Shown one piece after another: positions 48,729 to 58,114 of a DNA stretch of 64,000 bases (within the stretch, counting starts at the first letter, position 1; every line of letters begins with the position of its first letter). The stretch lies in IMG/VR virus record IMGVR_UViG_3300000976_000010. One strand, 5' to 3'. The translations under genes and the position numbers were made by a program. Under the pieces are notes generated by a model. The model saw only the letters and a list, made by a program, of their open reading frames with translations. It did no database searches and was not told the DNA's origin. Source of the stretch: a virus.

Positions 48729-51038
48729 TTAAGCACCACACATCAAACATTCATCAGAGTTTTCCAATGAACACTGCCGACTTAGTGCATTTTGTTTCGA
48801 TTCCATTTCTGTCATTAGTGTTTCTATAGTACCCTCCACACCCAATCCCGTCAATCCCTTTCGAGTTGTTTCCCTTCTTAGGTAGTATTGAAGTGTTTTT
48901 AAGCCTTTAGACCAACCATAGAAAATGGCAGATGTCCAATTGTTTGCACTTGGCTTTGAAATAAATAGATTTAGGCTCTGAGATTGACAAGTAAACGAGG
49001 CTCTATCTCTGCTCATGTCTATTAAAACGGATGGTTCTATTTCAAAGGAAGTTTTGTAAACATCTTTAATCCATTGGGGGAAGGGTAAATTTTGTACTGA
49101 ACCACCACTTAACAACAATGCTTTTTGTGTTGTTTCATCCCACAATCCCAATTCCTCTAAATCTCTAACAAGGTGAGGGTTTATTACAGTAAACTCGCCT
49201 GTTTTGGTTCTTCTAAGGTAGAGATTATAAGTGTAGGGTTCAAAGCATTCATTATTCCCCAATAATTGAGATGTGGTAGCTGTTGGTGGGTCGGTCAAAA
49301 GAAGGCTATTACACAAACCATATTTTTTAATATCGCTTCTAAGTGCATCCCAATCCCACATGTCAAATGTCGGTTCATCGGGAAAATTGGAAGTATTGTA
49401 GCCCGATTTTTTCCAAAGATCAAATGCTAATTCCCCATTAGCATAACAGCTTTTATCAAAATCTTTGAATTTTTCTTGAGTACCACCTTTACAAAGTTCC
49501 ATGCTTGCGGTGTATGAAGCATGTAACATTGTCTCGCGTATATTTCGATTTATTTCTATTGATTCTTTGCTACCAAACTCCACTCGCATAAGACAGAAAA
49601 GATCGGCTAGACCTTGACATCCTAGACCAATGGGTCGGTGTCTCATATTTGAACGCCTAGCATTTTCTGATGGGTAGTAATTGGTGTCAATCACAACATT
49701 AAGACCCTTGATAATATACTTAACAGTTTTGTATAGTTCTTGGTAGTTGTATTTTTTATCAATCTTGTCATAAAAATGATTTAAAGACACGGTTGCTAAG
49801 TTGCATACAGCGGTTTCCTCCTTGCTACTAAATTCCGTTATTTCGGTACACAAATTGGAACACTCTATTGTTCCTGCATAAGACTGAGCATTCATTTTAT
49901 TAATAGGGTCTTTGTTGACAATATACGGTGTGCCTGTTTCCCCTACTGCAACCGTTATGTGCTTCCAAAGATCACGTGCCTCTATCTGTTTAGTGTATAT
50001 CCCGTTTCTTTCATAATATTCATAACGCTCTTTGAACTCCGTGCCAAATAAGCTCACTAAATCAGGACATTTACTAGGACACATTAATGACCACTTCTCA
50101 TTTTTCTTAACCCTTTCCATGAAGAGATCGTTGATATACAAAGAAAGGTATAGATCACGAGTTCTTAGTTCCACCTTTCCGTGATTCTTTCTTAGGTCAC
50201 AGAAAGCAAAAACTTCGCCATGCCAAATCTCTAAGTATGCAGCAAAAGAACCCTTTCGCCTTCCTCCTTGATTGACAGCCCGTGCTGTGGAGGCATAGGT
50301 TTTTAAAAATGGAATTATCCCTGTACTAGGACTCCCCGTTGATGGAATTAGCGAACCTTTAGCGGTAACATTTGTAAAATTGAAACCTATACCTCCTGCA
50401 CGTTTTGATATTAAAGCCATCTCTAGCACCTTTTCGTATATCCCACCAATACTATCAGGAACAGTAAGTAGGAAACATGATGATAGCTGCCCCTTTATTC
50501 TACCACCATTAATTAGTGTGGGTGTAGCAAATGTATATTTTTTATTACATAGGTCTTCGTATGCTTTCAGGACACTATCTATACCATAGACATGATTTGT
50601 TGTTATAGCCTCACGCATGAATAATTGGAACAAATCTTCTGTGACTCCGTCTGATTTAAGTAAATAAACATCCTTTGCCGTGCAAACACCAAAAACTGTA
50701 AATAAGAAATGACCTTTATTAAATTGCTCAATCTTTTCATTATAAGAGTTTTCTAAATCGTTGATATTTTCGTTGTAAAATTTAACGAAAGTATCGTTTA
50801 GTTGATTACCGAAAAAATTTATATACTCAATTAGTACAGGGCTTTGAGAAATCAATTGCTCATTTGTGATATAACCTGCCAAATCTGCATAATCAGGATG
50901 TATGGTTGTTTTTGAAGATATTGTATCAATTAAAAAATCATAATTTATATCTTCACCTTTATACCCTCTCTTGTATTCTGCTTCTATTTTAGAAAAATTG
51001 CATTTGTTGAATAGGTATTTATGCTTGGTTGTGAACAT
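48729..51038 (-). CDS. nrdA: Ribonucleotide reductase class Ia alpha subunit
   Basis: FATPTL, QLSSCFL, RRKGSFAAYL, CSNLCTEI, VCNLA, PTATTSQLLG, GLKTLQYYLR, C-terminal CLMCGA. Confidence 0.97.
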   Translation of the reverse strand: MFTTKHKYLFNKCNFSKIEAEYKRGYKGEDINYDFLIDTISSKTTIHPDYADLAGYITNEQLISQSPVLIEYINFFGNQLNDTFVKFYNENINDLENSYNEKIEQFNKGHFLFTVFGVCTAKDVYLLKSDGVTEDLFQLFMREAITTNHVYGIDSVLKAYEDLCNKKYTFATPTLINGGRIKGQLSSCFLLTVPDSIGGIYEKVLEMALISKRAGGIGFNFTNVTAKGSLIPSTGSPSTGIIPFLKTYASTARAVNQGGRRKGSFAAYLEIWHGEVFAFCDLRKNHGKVELRTRDLYLSLYINDLFMERVKKNEKWSLMCPSKCPDLVSLFGTEFKERYEYYERNGIYTKQIEARDLWKHITVAVGETGTPYIVNKDPINKMNAQSYAGTIECSNLCTEITEFSSKEETAVCNLATVSLNHFYDKIDKKYNYQELYKTVKYIIKGLNVVIDTNYYPSENARRSNMRHRPIGLGCQGLADLFCLMRVEFGSKESIEINRNIRETMLHASYTASMELCKGGTQEKFKDFDKSCYANGELAFDLWKKSGYNTSNFPDEPTFDMWDWDALRSDIKKYGLCNSLLLTDPPTATTSQLLGNNECFEPYTYNLYLRRTKTGEFTVINPHLVRDLEELGLWDETTQKALLLSGGSVQNLPFPQWIKDVYKTSFEIEPSVLIDMSRDRASFTCQSQSLNLFISKPSANNWTSAIFYGWSKGLKTLQYYLRRETTRKGLTGLGVEGTIETLMTEMESKQNALSRQCSLENSDECLMCGA

Positions 51039-51062
51039 TCTTTATTAATTTTTAGTGTTTAA

Positions 51063-51069
51063 TATGTAC
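51063..51069 (-). promoter_or_regulatory. GTACATA motif upstream of nrdA
   Basis: 24 nt upstream of ATG 51038. Confidence 0.45.
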
Positions 51070-51109
51070 TACTACAACGCTTAAAAAAAATAAAAAATTA
51101 AGGCTTTGA

Positions 51110-51141
51110 TTTGGTTTTTTAATTTATTATCTGTACTTTTG
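51110..51141 (+). promoter_or_regulatory. Consensus Bacteroidota sigma promoter driving clamp-polymerase
   Basis: TTTG-N20-TACTTTTG, an exact match to TTTG-N19-21-TAnnTTTG. Confidence 0.7.
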
Positions 51142-51178
51142 AAAAAATGATGATCTAATTCTTAAAAATTGCACTTAA

Positions 51179-51985
51179 ATGAATATAAAAAACTTTCAAG
51201 CCCTTATACAAGGCACAAAAATTAATGGTGTTGATTCTGATACTGTATATTTTGTAACTCCTGAAAAAACTTATGCAACTAACGAAAACCAAGGCGTTAG
51301 TCTAATTCAAACTTATGAAACGTCAGATATTTTTGATAACGTAGAAACGAATTTTACATTTTCCTTTTTCAATATCAAAAAGGTGTTAGATAAAATTAAG
51401 GGTCTTTTATCGGATGATCCTGAAAACATAATAATGGATTTTGAATTTGTAGATAGTAAATACAACGGATTCAAAGAAATTCGGAGAACTTCTATAAAAC
51501 GGAAGAGTCCGAAGTTGCAATTTCATTTACCTCACCCATCCGTTTCTTATACCCTAAAAAGTGCTACAAGGACACCACACTCAAGCAAGTTTAACTTAAA
51601 AGGTGATATTATAGATATTACTGATGGTGCGTTATTTATGGAAAATCTTTCTAGGATTGATTCTGCTGATAAGAGTGGCAAACTTAATCATATTAGCTTT
51701 TCTAACGAAAATGGTTTGGGAACGGTCATTGCGAGATGTGGAGATGATTATTTTGAGTGTGGTTTGTCAGAACTTACCAAACCATTTAAAGTTTATAAAA
51801 GAGATTTGGAATCTTTAAAAGCGAGGCCATTTAGTATAACAGTTGGAGAAGGTGCTATAATAATTGAGCAGGGGACTACAAGATTCCATTTGCCAACATC
51901 TACCATGAATGAAGAGCTTGAGGCTTCACAAATGGCAGCAATAGAAAATCTTTGTGGTTTAACAGATATTGATTATGGATATTAA
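51179..51985 (+). CDS. Putative sliding clamp (gp45-like)
   Basis: 268 aa, two-domain alpha/beta pattern, overlaps the polymerase gene; assignment from size and context. Confidence 0.45.
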   Translation: MNIKNFQALIQGTKINGVDSDTVYFVTPEKTYATNENQGVSLIQTYETSDIFDNVETNFTFSFFNIKKVLDKIKGLLSDDPENIIMDFEFVDSKYNGFKEIRRTSIKRKSPKLQFHLPHPSVSYTLKSATRTPHSSKFNLKGDIIDITDGALFMENLSRIDSADKSGKLNHISFSNENGLGTVIARCGDDYFECGLSELTKPFKVYKRDLESLKARPFSITVGEGAIIIEQGTTRFHLPTSTMNEELEASQMAAIENLCGLTDIDYGY

Positions 51986-53483
51986 TTTCCCCCCTAGAGA
52001 AAGTGTAGGAGAAACTGATTTGATGTATTGGGATTTAGTAGAACCGCTAAATCCCACATACGACAATGTGAAGGAGATTATTAAGCCCTATAACGAAAAA
52101 GGTGAGAAAACAGCAGAATTCTTAGAAGCGGTTAAGGCGGTTAAAAAGTTAGGGCTAGTTGAAGCAAAAGAACTTCTTGTTAAGATGAAAAATGCCAAAG
52201 CTTTTTATTCCGAATTGGAGCAAAATAAAAAATTGGATTCAAATGGATTGTATGGGTATGTTGGGGCTTCCTTTGCTGAATACACATCTATGAGAGTCGC
52301 GGGAGATATTACAGCAGAGGGGCGTAATATTTTTAAAATAATGGATACTGAAACTACAAAATTGTTAGACAATGTTTTAGTTAATTACAAGGGGGGCAAA
52401 AAAGGGTTATTGGACATATTCGTTGATTTTAAGGAAGCCAAAGAGAGGTTTGGAGATATTATCAGAGTTAATGAAAATCCTAAAAAAATACCACACCTAG
52501 TAGAATCAACACAAGTATGTGAATATAAATCACGTGGTAGTAGAGGTAATCCACATGTTGAATATGTAGGTAAAACCACAAGACACACGGTACTTTACGG
52601 AGACACGGATTCTGTTTGTATAGGATTTGAGAATATATGTCGCTCTTATGGCATTATTCCTGAATCCGATGATCCAAAGCGTGTGTCTAGGTTTGTTGAA
52701 TGGTTTTGTTTGAAAGTATTAATACCTTTTTATCATAAAATTATACAAAACTTGTGTGATAAGAGAAATGTTACCAATACTTATATACTAGAATGTGAGC
52801 AGATTTTAGAAAAAATGCACTTATATGCAAAGAAGTGTTATTGCAGCTCTCTCGCTATATTGGATGGGAAGAGTGTTTATGAAAAGGGCGATGTTAAAGC
52901 AGGGGGGATTGTTATTAAAAAGACATCCTATCCGAAAATAATAAGAAAAAAGCTCAAGGATTTGGAAAATATTATGCTACGAAGCGTGAATAAAGACAAG
53001 AATAATTTGGATTATATCACCAAATTGATGAGCAAACATATTGATATTTTTTCAAATAGACCTGTTGAAGAACTCTGTAATACACAAACAGTAAGAAAGT
53101 TTAGCGAAAAAACAGAATTGGTTAATGGTTACTATAAAACCATAAAGGGAGCAGGCGTTAATGAAAAGGGGATGGTCATGTACAACAATCATGTGATAGC
53201 TAACAATCTTAATATACCACTTTTAGGAAATGGTTCTAAGGTTAAGACATATCCGCTACTTTCAGATGGTGGAGAAGAAGAGTATTTTTCTTGGGATATT
53301 GATAGTAGTGAAAGTCCACCATCTTGGTCTCCAAAGCCAAACTTTGAAACTTTGATATACAAGAAGTACACAAAGAATGCTATACTTTACGTTACCACGG
53401 AATATCCACATTTGATAGGTAGAGAGGATTATCTTAGAGACCCAAAAACATTTCCAAAATTATTTATGAAAGTTCCCGATTAA
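51975..53483 (+). CDS. Family B DNA polymerase, C-terminal subunit of a split enzyme
   Basis: Motif B KLDSNGLYG, motif C YGDTDS, KKCY; lacks the exonuclease domain and motif A (DxxSLYPS). Confidence 0.88.
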   Translation: MDINFPPRESVGETDLMYWDLVEPLNPTYDNVKEIIKPYNEKGEKTAEFLEAVKAVKKLGLVEAKELLVKMKNAKAFYSELEQNKKLDSNGLYGYVGASFAEYTSMRVAGDITAEGRNIFKIMDTETTKLLDNVLVNYKGGKKGLLDIFVDFKEAKERFGDIIRVNENPKKIPHLVESTQVCEYKSRGSRGNPHVEYVGKTTRHTVLYGDTDSVCIGFENICRSYGIIPESDDPKRVSRFVEWFCLKVLIPFYHKIIQNLCDKRNVTNTYILECEQILEKMHLYAKKCYCSSLAILDGKSVYEKGDVKAGGIVIKKTSYPKIIRKKLKDLENIMLRSVNKDKNNLDYITKLMSKHIDIFSNRPVEELCNTQTVRKFSEKTELVNGYYKTIKGAGVNEKGMVMYNNHVIANNLNIPLLGNGSKVKTYPLLSDGGEEEYFSWDIDSSESPPSWSPKPNFETLIYKKYTKNAILYVTTEYPHLIGREDYLRDPKTFPKLFMKVPD

Positions 53484-53500
53484 TTTTTCATGGTGGTATT

Positions 53501-53540
53501 AATAATCCCCAAGACACCTTTGTGTGTGTTGGGGGTTATT
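53501..53540. terminator. Bidirectional terminator between the polymerase and the LRR locus
   Basis: aataatccccaa...ttgggggttatt hairpin. Confidence 0.65.
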
Positions 53541-53585
53541 TGTTAGTAAAATCTAATTCCTTAAATGAAATCTATCTATTAAATA

Positions 53586-54522
53586 CTAATAAACTCCTAA
53601 TATTGTATACATAAAAGTGTTATCCACATTATCCTTCAAAGTATAAATAACATGTGATGTTGTTGCATCTGTTAAATCTATTGGGTTTTTATTCAAGCTA
53701 AACCAATCCAAATTAACCAAATTTGAAATTGATTTAGGCAATTTTATCAGACTATTATTAGACAAGTGAAGCGTGTCTAAGGATTTTAGTCTACCCATTG
53801 AATCGGGTAATTCCTTTAATCTATTATCATCAACCGATAAGTTTTTAAGATTACTTAATTTGCCTATTGACTCAGGCAATGTTATCAGACTATTATTAGA
53901 CAGGTTAAGAGTTCTAAGAGATAATAGCCTCCCTATTGATTCGGGCAACTCCTTTAAGCTGTTATCCTTGGCCGTTAAATAAATCAAATGAACAAGTCTA
54001 CCTATAGATGTTGGTAACGTTTTTAAATCATTGTTTGATACGGGAAGCTGCTTCAAAGAGGAAAGCCTCCCTATTGATTCGGGCAACTCCTTTAAACTGT
54101 TGTTCCATAATCCAAGATTCTCCAAAAGTGATAGATTGCCTATTGATTCGGGCGAAAACTGTAATTTATTGTCGCTTAAAAAAAGACCCCTCAAGGAGGT
54201 GAGTTTCCCTATTGACTCGGGGAATAAATGCCAAATCATTTTCTCCCAAAGCCAATATTTCTAAGTTAACCAATTTACCTATTGAATTTGGGACATAATT
54301 TATCCCCATTTCACTTAGATCAACCTCTTTAAGTGCCATACAATATTCAACAGCCTTCTCAAAAGGCTTTCGTTTGAGCCGCTTGTATTTTTTAGAAAGC
54401 CAAGAAATTAGTTCTCTCTATCCTTCCTCGTCTTCAACAGATTCAAAAAAGCGATGGTTGTTACTTCGACTTTCAAATTTGTCAACAGGTGATTCGCTTA
54501 GATAACGTTTTCCGCTTTCCAT
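53586..54522 (-). pseudogene. LRR copy 6: tandem paralogue of copy 5 with a nonsense codon and a frameshift
   Basis: MESGKRY..FESRSNNHRFFESVEDEEG*RELISWLSK (TAG at 54418-54420), extra C at 54219-54222, then about nine LRR units; ORF 53586-54239 is the remnant. Confidence 0.85.
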
Positions 54523-55960
54523 TTCTAGTTTCTCTAATATTTCGTGGCAAATCAAAAGTACGCAAATAACCTTTTAATTTAGAAACAACCCATTCGGTTG
54601 TTGGATCTTTTATGTCTAGTGGATTATCAGACAAGCTAAGATGATCCAATTTTACTAAACCGCCCATTGATTTTGGCAAATATTTTAATCTATTGTCCTG
54701 TACGTAAAAATCCCTCAAAGCAGTGAGGTTGCCTATTGATTCGGGCAATTCCTGTAATTTGTTATCGGGGAGCACGAGGATGCGAAGTGATGTTAAATAT
54801 CCAACCGTTTCGGGCAATCTTATTAATTCATTCCTTCCTAAATAAAGTCTAATGAGGGATGTTAGCTTACCGATTGATTTTGGTAAAATGGTCAGTTCAT
54901 TCTCCTGTACGTAAAAATTCTTCAAAGAAGTGAGGTTGCCTATTGATTCGGGCAATTCCTGTAATTTGTTTCGATGTAATTTTAGATCCCTCAAAGAAGT
55001 AAGCTTGCCTATTGATTCGGGCAATTCCTGTAATTTGTTGTCATGTAATACAAGTACCTCCAATCGAGAAAGGTTGCCTATTGATTCGGGCAATTCCTGT
55101 AAGCTATTGTTGGACAAAACTAGAACTCTCAGTGATGGAATTGCACCGATTGTATCAGGAAGAGAGGTTAATTTATTCCCATCCAAAAACAGCATATCCA
55201 AATTTGACAATTTACCTATTGAATTTGGAAGTTGCTTCAAGCCCATTAAGCGTAGGTTAACCTCGGTAAGACCTATACAATAATCAATTGCATCCTCCAA
55301 AGTCATAAATTCAAGCTGTCTGTGTCTTTTAGAAAGTAAGAGAATTAGCTCTCTCCATTGTTCCTCATCTTCAACAGATTCATCAACGCGATGATTATTA
55401 ATTCGACTTTCAAGCATGACCATTTCATCATAAAGCTCCATTCCATCAATGAATAGACGGGAACTATATTGACCTCCAAATCTTGATTTTGGTTGTCTAT
55501 TCAAAACCTCTGTGGCTCTCGTCTTAACACTTTTTAGATTTCCTCTATAAACCTCTTCAAAAAAGCAATGAGAACCATCGTAATACTTTATTTTGAAAAT
55601 GTGAGCCTGTTTTTGGTTATCAAAATCTAATTTTGGGAATAATCTATTCCCCCTACTTTTGTACTTTTCAATCATGGAAATAACTCTTGCTTTAATATCC
55701 GAATCAATGATATAATCATCCTCATAGTCTTTTGCCATATCAACTACCAAGGTTTTAATTCCATTCGTTAAACCTACTGTTTTTAACTTTCTTTCAACTT
55801 CTTTTATTTTTTCCTTGCTTTCGTTATCAATGTGCATGATAGCAAGATTTGTTAATAATTCAACAGCCACATTTTCGTTGGCGTATTGATTTTTGTAGTA
55901 TTCCTTTGTGTATGATGATTCTTTTTCATCAAGTCTTTGTTTTATTTTATGTAGACGCAT
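54482..55960 (-). CDS. LRR copy 5 (intact): ~200-aa unique N-terminus + about 9-10 LRR units
   Basis: LQELPESIGNL repeats; C-cap NPLDI. Confidence 0.95.
   Translation of the reverse strand: MRLHKIKQRLDEKESSYTKEYYKNQYANENVAVELLTNLAIMHIDNESKEKIKEVERKLKTVGLTNGIKTLVVDMAKDYEDDYIIDSDIKARVISMIEKYKSRGNRLFPKLDFDNQKQAHIFKIKYYDGSHCFFEEVYRGNLKSVKTRATEVLNRQPKSRFGGQYSSRLFIDGMELYDEMVMLESRINNHRVDESVEDEEQWRELILLLSKRHRQLEFMTLEDAIDYCIGLTEVNLRLMGLKQLPNSIGKLSNLDMLFLDGNKLTSLPDTIGAIPSLRVLVLSNNSLQELPESIGNLSRLEVLVLHDNKLQELPESIGKLTSLRDLKLHRNKLQELPESIGNLTSLKNFYVQENELTILPKSIGKLTSLIRLYLGRNELIRLPETVGYLTSLRILVLPDNKLQELPESIGNLTALRDFYVQDNRLKYLPKSMGGLVKLDHLSLSDNPLDIKDPTTEWVVSKLKGYLRTFDLPRNIRETRNGKRKTLSKRITC
54731..55102 (-). 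repeat. Near-identical 27-bp cores with 69-bp period inside the LRR coding sequence
   Basis: gcctattgattcgggcaattcctgtaa at 54731, 54938, 55007 and 55076. Confidence 0.9.
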
Positions 55961-55973
55961 ATCATTTTATAAA

Positions 55974-56006
55974 TACACCTCCCCCTTTCGTTTTTTGGGA
56001 GGTGTA
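55974..56006 (-). terminator. Hairpin/terminator immediately upstream of LRR copy 5
   Basis: tacacctccc-N13-gggaggtgta. Confidence 0.65.
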
Positions 56007-56042
56007 TATTTATTATTAATTTGACAACTTTATTTTTATAGA

Positions 56043-56213
56043 TTATCTAACATCTCCAATAGAACAATCTATTTCATTTTTAATACCTTCTAAGGAATCT
56101 GAGACCAAGCCAAAGCCGTTGGTGTGATAATCGGTGTAGTATCCTGTATTAAAACTGCCTACTCTTTTAATGAGAATATCATAGCCCCTGTATTCTTCTT
56201 CTTCAAATTCCAA
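56043..56213 (-). CDS. Small hypothetical protein, TTG start (not in ORF track)
   Basis: MEFEEEEYRGYDILIKRVGSFNTGYY...DVR, 56 aa, fills the gap between 56228 and 55960. Confidence 0.45.
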   Translation of the reverse strand: MEFEEEEYRGYDILIKRVGSFNTGYYTDYHTNGFGLVSDSLEGIKNEIDCSIGDVR

Positions 56214-56227
56214 TTTGTTATAAACCC

Positions 56228-58072
56228 CTATCTTCCACCAAAGGCATCCTTTGCGCTACCAAAACCAACGGATTGTCTAGTCTTTAACTTACTCTCAAGA
56301 AGATTCTGTAGTTTATGCTTTCCAACCCTTCCGCTCCCCTCATAAAAACGGTTTCTAGTTTCGGGATCAAGATTTTCAATAATGTTTTCATGCAAGCTTT
56401 TCTTACCACCCTTAGTGTGATACTGCTCCATAAACACCCTAACTCGCTCTTTTCGATTAGACTCCATGACTTCTTCTTTATTCTTGGCTGTGTCTTCTTT
56501 TTCGGACTTGCCTTTCGGTTTAGACTTGACTTTCGGTTTAGACTTCCCCTTCTCTTTAGATTCTTCGTCATCGTCGTCTTCGTCTTCATCTTCGTCATCT
56601 TCGTCATCGTCATCTTTTTCAGACTCCTTATCGACATAAACCTCTTTCTTAGGCACTTCTTTCTCATCGTCATCACCCTCTCCCCCTTTCGTGTCATCGG
56701 GTGTTTTCTTATCCTTTGTATCCTTAACTTCCTTATCCGTCTCGCTATCGGTTTCTTTTTCATATAAAGAAACCTTTCGCTCATGCAATGGCACAAAACT
56801 TCCATCATCAACCTTACCATCCATTATATCCTGAACCTTAGCGATTAAAGTGTCTGTTTTTGATAAAACGGATTCCAAAACTTTATATGCTTTTGAACCC
56901 TCAACTAAAACATTCATCCTATCAATAACATCTCGCTTTCGTTCTAGAAGGCTGCTCATTTTTTTCTCTTGAAGCTTGATGAATGCCTGTTGCTCACTTT
57001 TGGTTCGCTTTTCATTGTCGATAACTTCGACCATGGCCTCATGCAAATTAATACCAACAATTTTACTAGCCATTTCTGTAGCAGCTTCCACAGTTTCTAC
57101 GAATTTACAAGATGGTTGGTATCTACCCTCCATTACAATAACAAGGGGCTGATTCTCAATTTTACCTGATACGACTTTATCCCCATATTCATTGGTAGAT
57201 AGAACGCACTCATGGAATTCATAAATTTGGTCAAAATTCTCAGCCAAATAAAGAACAACATTTGCTGCATCGTGGCAAGAGTTGTCCATAAGTCTAGCCT
57301 TTTCTGCAAATTTGTCAACATCATACTTCAATCTGCCTTCAAAAATGCCCTTCTCATTAACAGAATATTTAGTGTCACCAACAACAACACAATATCGTTT
57401 CTCGTCCTTCTTCCATTCACAGCACAATTCCATTGAATTGCTTAGTTTAATGAATTCAATAGGGGCTTTTGCAACCTCAACAACATCTTTATTTTCTGTA
57501 ATAGCTAAAATAGTAGAACCAAATCTAACAAAAGACTTCCCATCTTTTTCCATGACCAATCCCATTGGAACGGAAACATCATAAAGGCTTTCCTTGTTAT
57601 GGTTTAATGTTATTTCTCTGCACTCCTTAACCAAATCATTTAATTCTTGATCTTGTTCCCTATAGGTGGAAACTCCATCCGAAACTACATGGGTTAGCCT
57701 TGAGTCTTCGTTAATTAATATATTGTCGATGTCATTGACAATAGTTTCTGCCACCACATTATCCTGTGTCGATAATCTTTCTGCAATGGATAATAGTCGA
57801 GTGCGAGTCATGTTTGTTTCAAAACCCTCTTTTATAACATCCATCACATGACCAAATTTTTTATCGGTTGGGTTTTTGTTGATGTATGCCTCCAAGCACA
57901 TGTATACATGGTTGGCCTCGTTAACTGTATTAACACCATTAGCGTACTCTTTTAATAGGTCTTGACGCAGACTCACGCCCTCTAGCGACACAGCCTTTGT
58001 TTCGGAGAGCAATTGTTTAATGTTCATTGCTTCTACCAATTTCTTGGCCTGTGAATTGAAATTCCTTTTCAT
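56228..58072 (-). CDS. Probable head/core protein with coiled coil and acidic/basic low-complexity tail
   Basis: 614 aa; DDDDEDDEDEDEDDDDEE then KSKPKVKSKPKGK; GTACATA upstream. Confidence 0.55.
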   Translation of the reverse strand: MKRNFNSQAKKLVEAMNIKQLLSETKAVSLEGVSLRQDLLKEYANGVNTVNEANHVYMCLEAYINKNPTDKKFGHVMDVIKEGFETNMTRTRLLSIAERLSTQDNVVAETIVNDIDNILINEDSRLTHVVSDGVSTYREQDQELNDLVKECREITLNHNKESLYDVSVPMGLVMEKDGKSFVRFGSTILAITENKDVVEVAKAPIEFIKLSNSMELCCEWKKDEKRYCVVVGDTKYSVNEKGIFEGRLKYDVDKFAEKARLMDNSCHDAANVVLYLAENFDQIYEFHECVLSTNEYGDKVVSGKIENQPLVIVMEGRYQPSCKFVETVEAATEMASKIVGINLHEAMVEVIDNEKRTKSEQQAFIKLQEKKMSSLLERKRDVIDRMNVLVEGSKAYKVLESVLSKTDTLIAKVQDIMDGKVDDGSFVPLHERKVSLYEKETDSETDKEVKDTKDKKTPDDTKGGEGDDDEKEVPKKEVYVDKESEKDDDDEDDEDEDEDDDDEESKEKGKSKPKVKSKPKGKSEKEDTAKNKEEVMESNRKERVRVFMEQYHTKGGKKSLHENIIENLDPETRNRFYEGSGRVGKHKLQNLLESKLKTRQSVGFGSAKDAFGGR

Positions 58073-58114
58073 AATGAGGTTATGTAAATTAAATTTTAAA
58101 AATGTATTTGGATT

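Noticed and set aside
6292-54522. All frameshifts being long-read homopolymer errors
   Set aside because: Multi-kb core ORFs with many A/T runs are unbroken and the lesions cluster in accessory genes alongside nonsense substitutions; single cases (tnpB A8, MTase T8) still need a read check
54731-55102. 27-bp repeats with ~42-bp variable spacers resembling a CRISPR array
   Set aside because: The period is exactly 69 bp and in frame with 23-aa LRR units of an intact ORF; no cas genes or leader
56284-56820. Extra overlapping ORFs (56284-56820, 56315-56767)
   Set aside because: Shadow frames produced by the low-complexity D/E/K codons of the 56228-58072 gene
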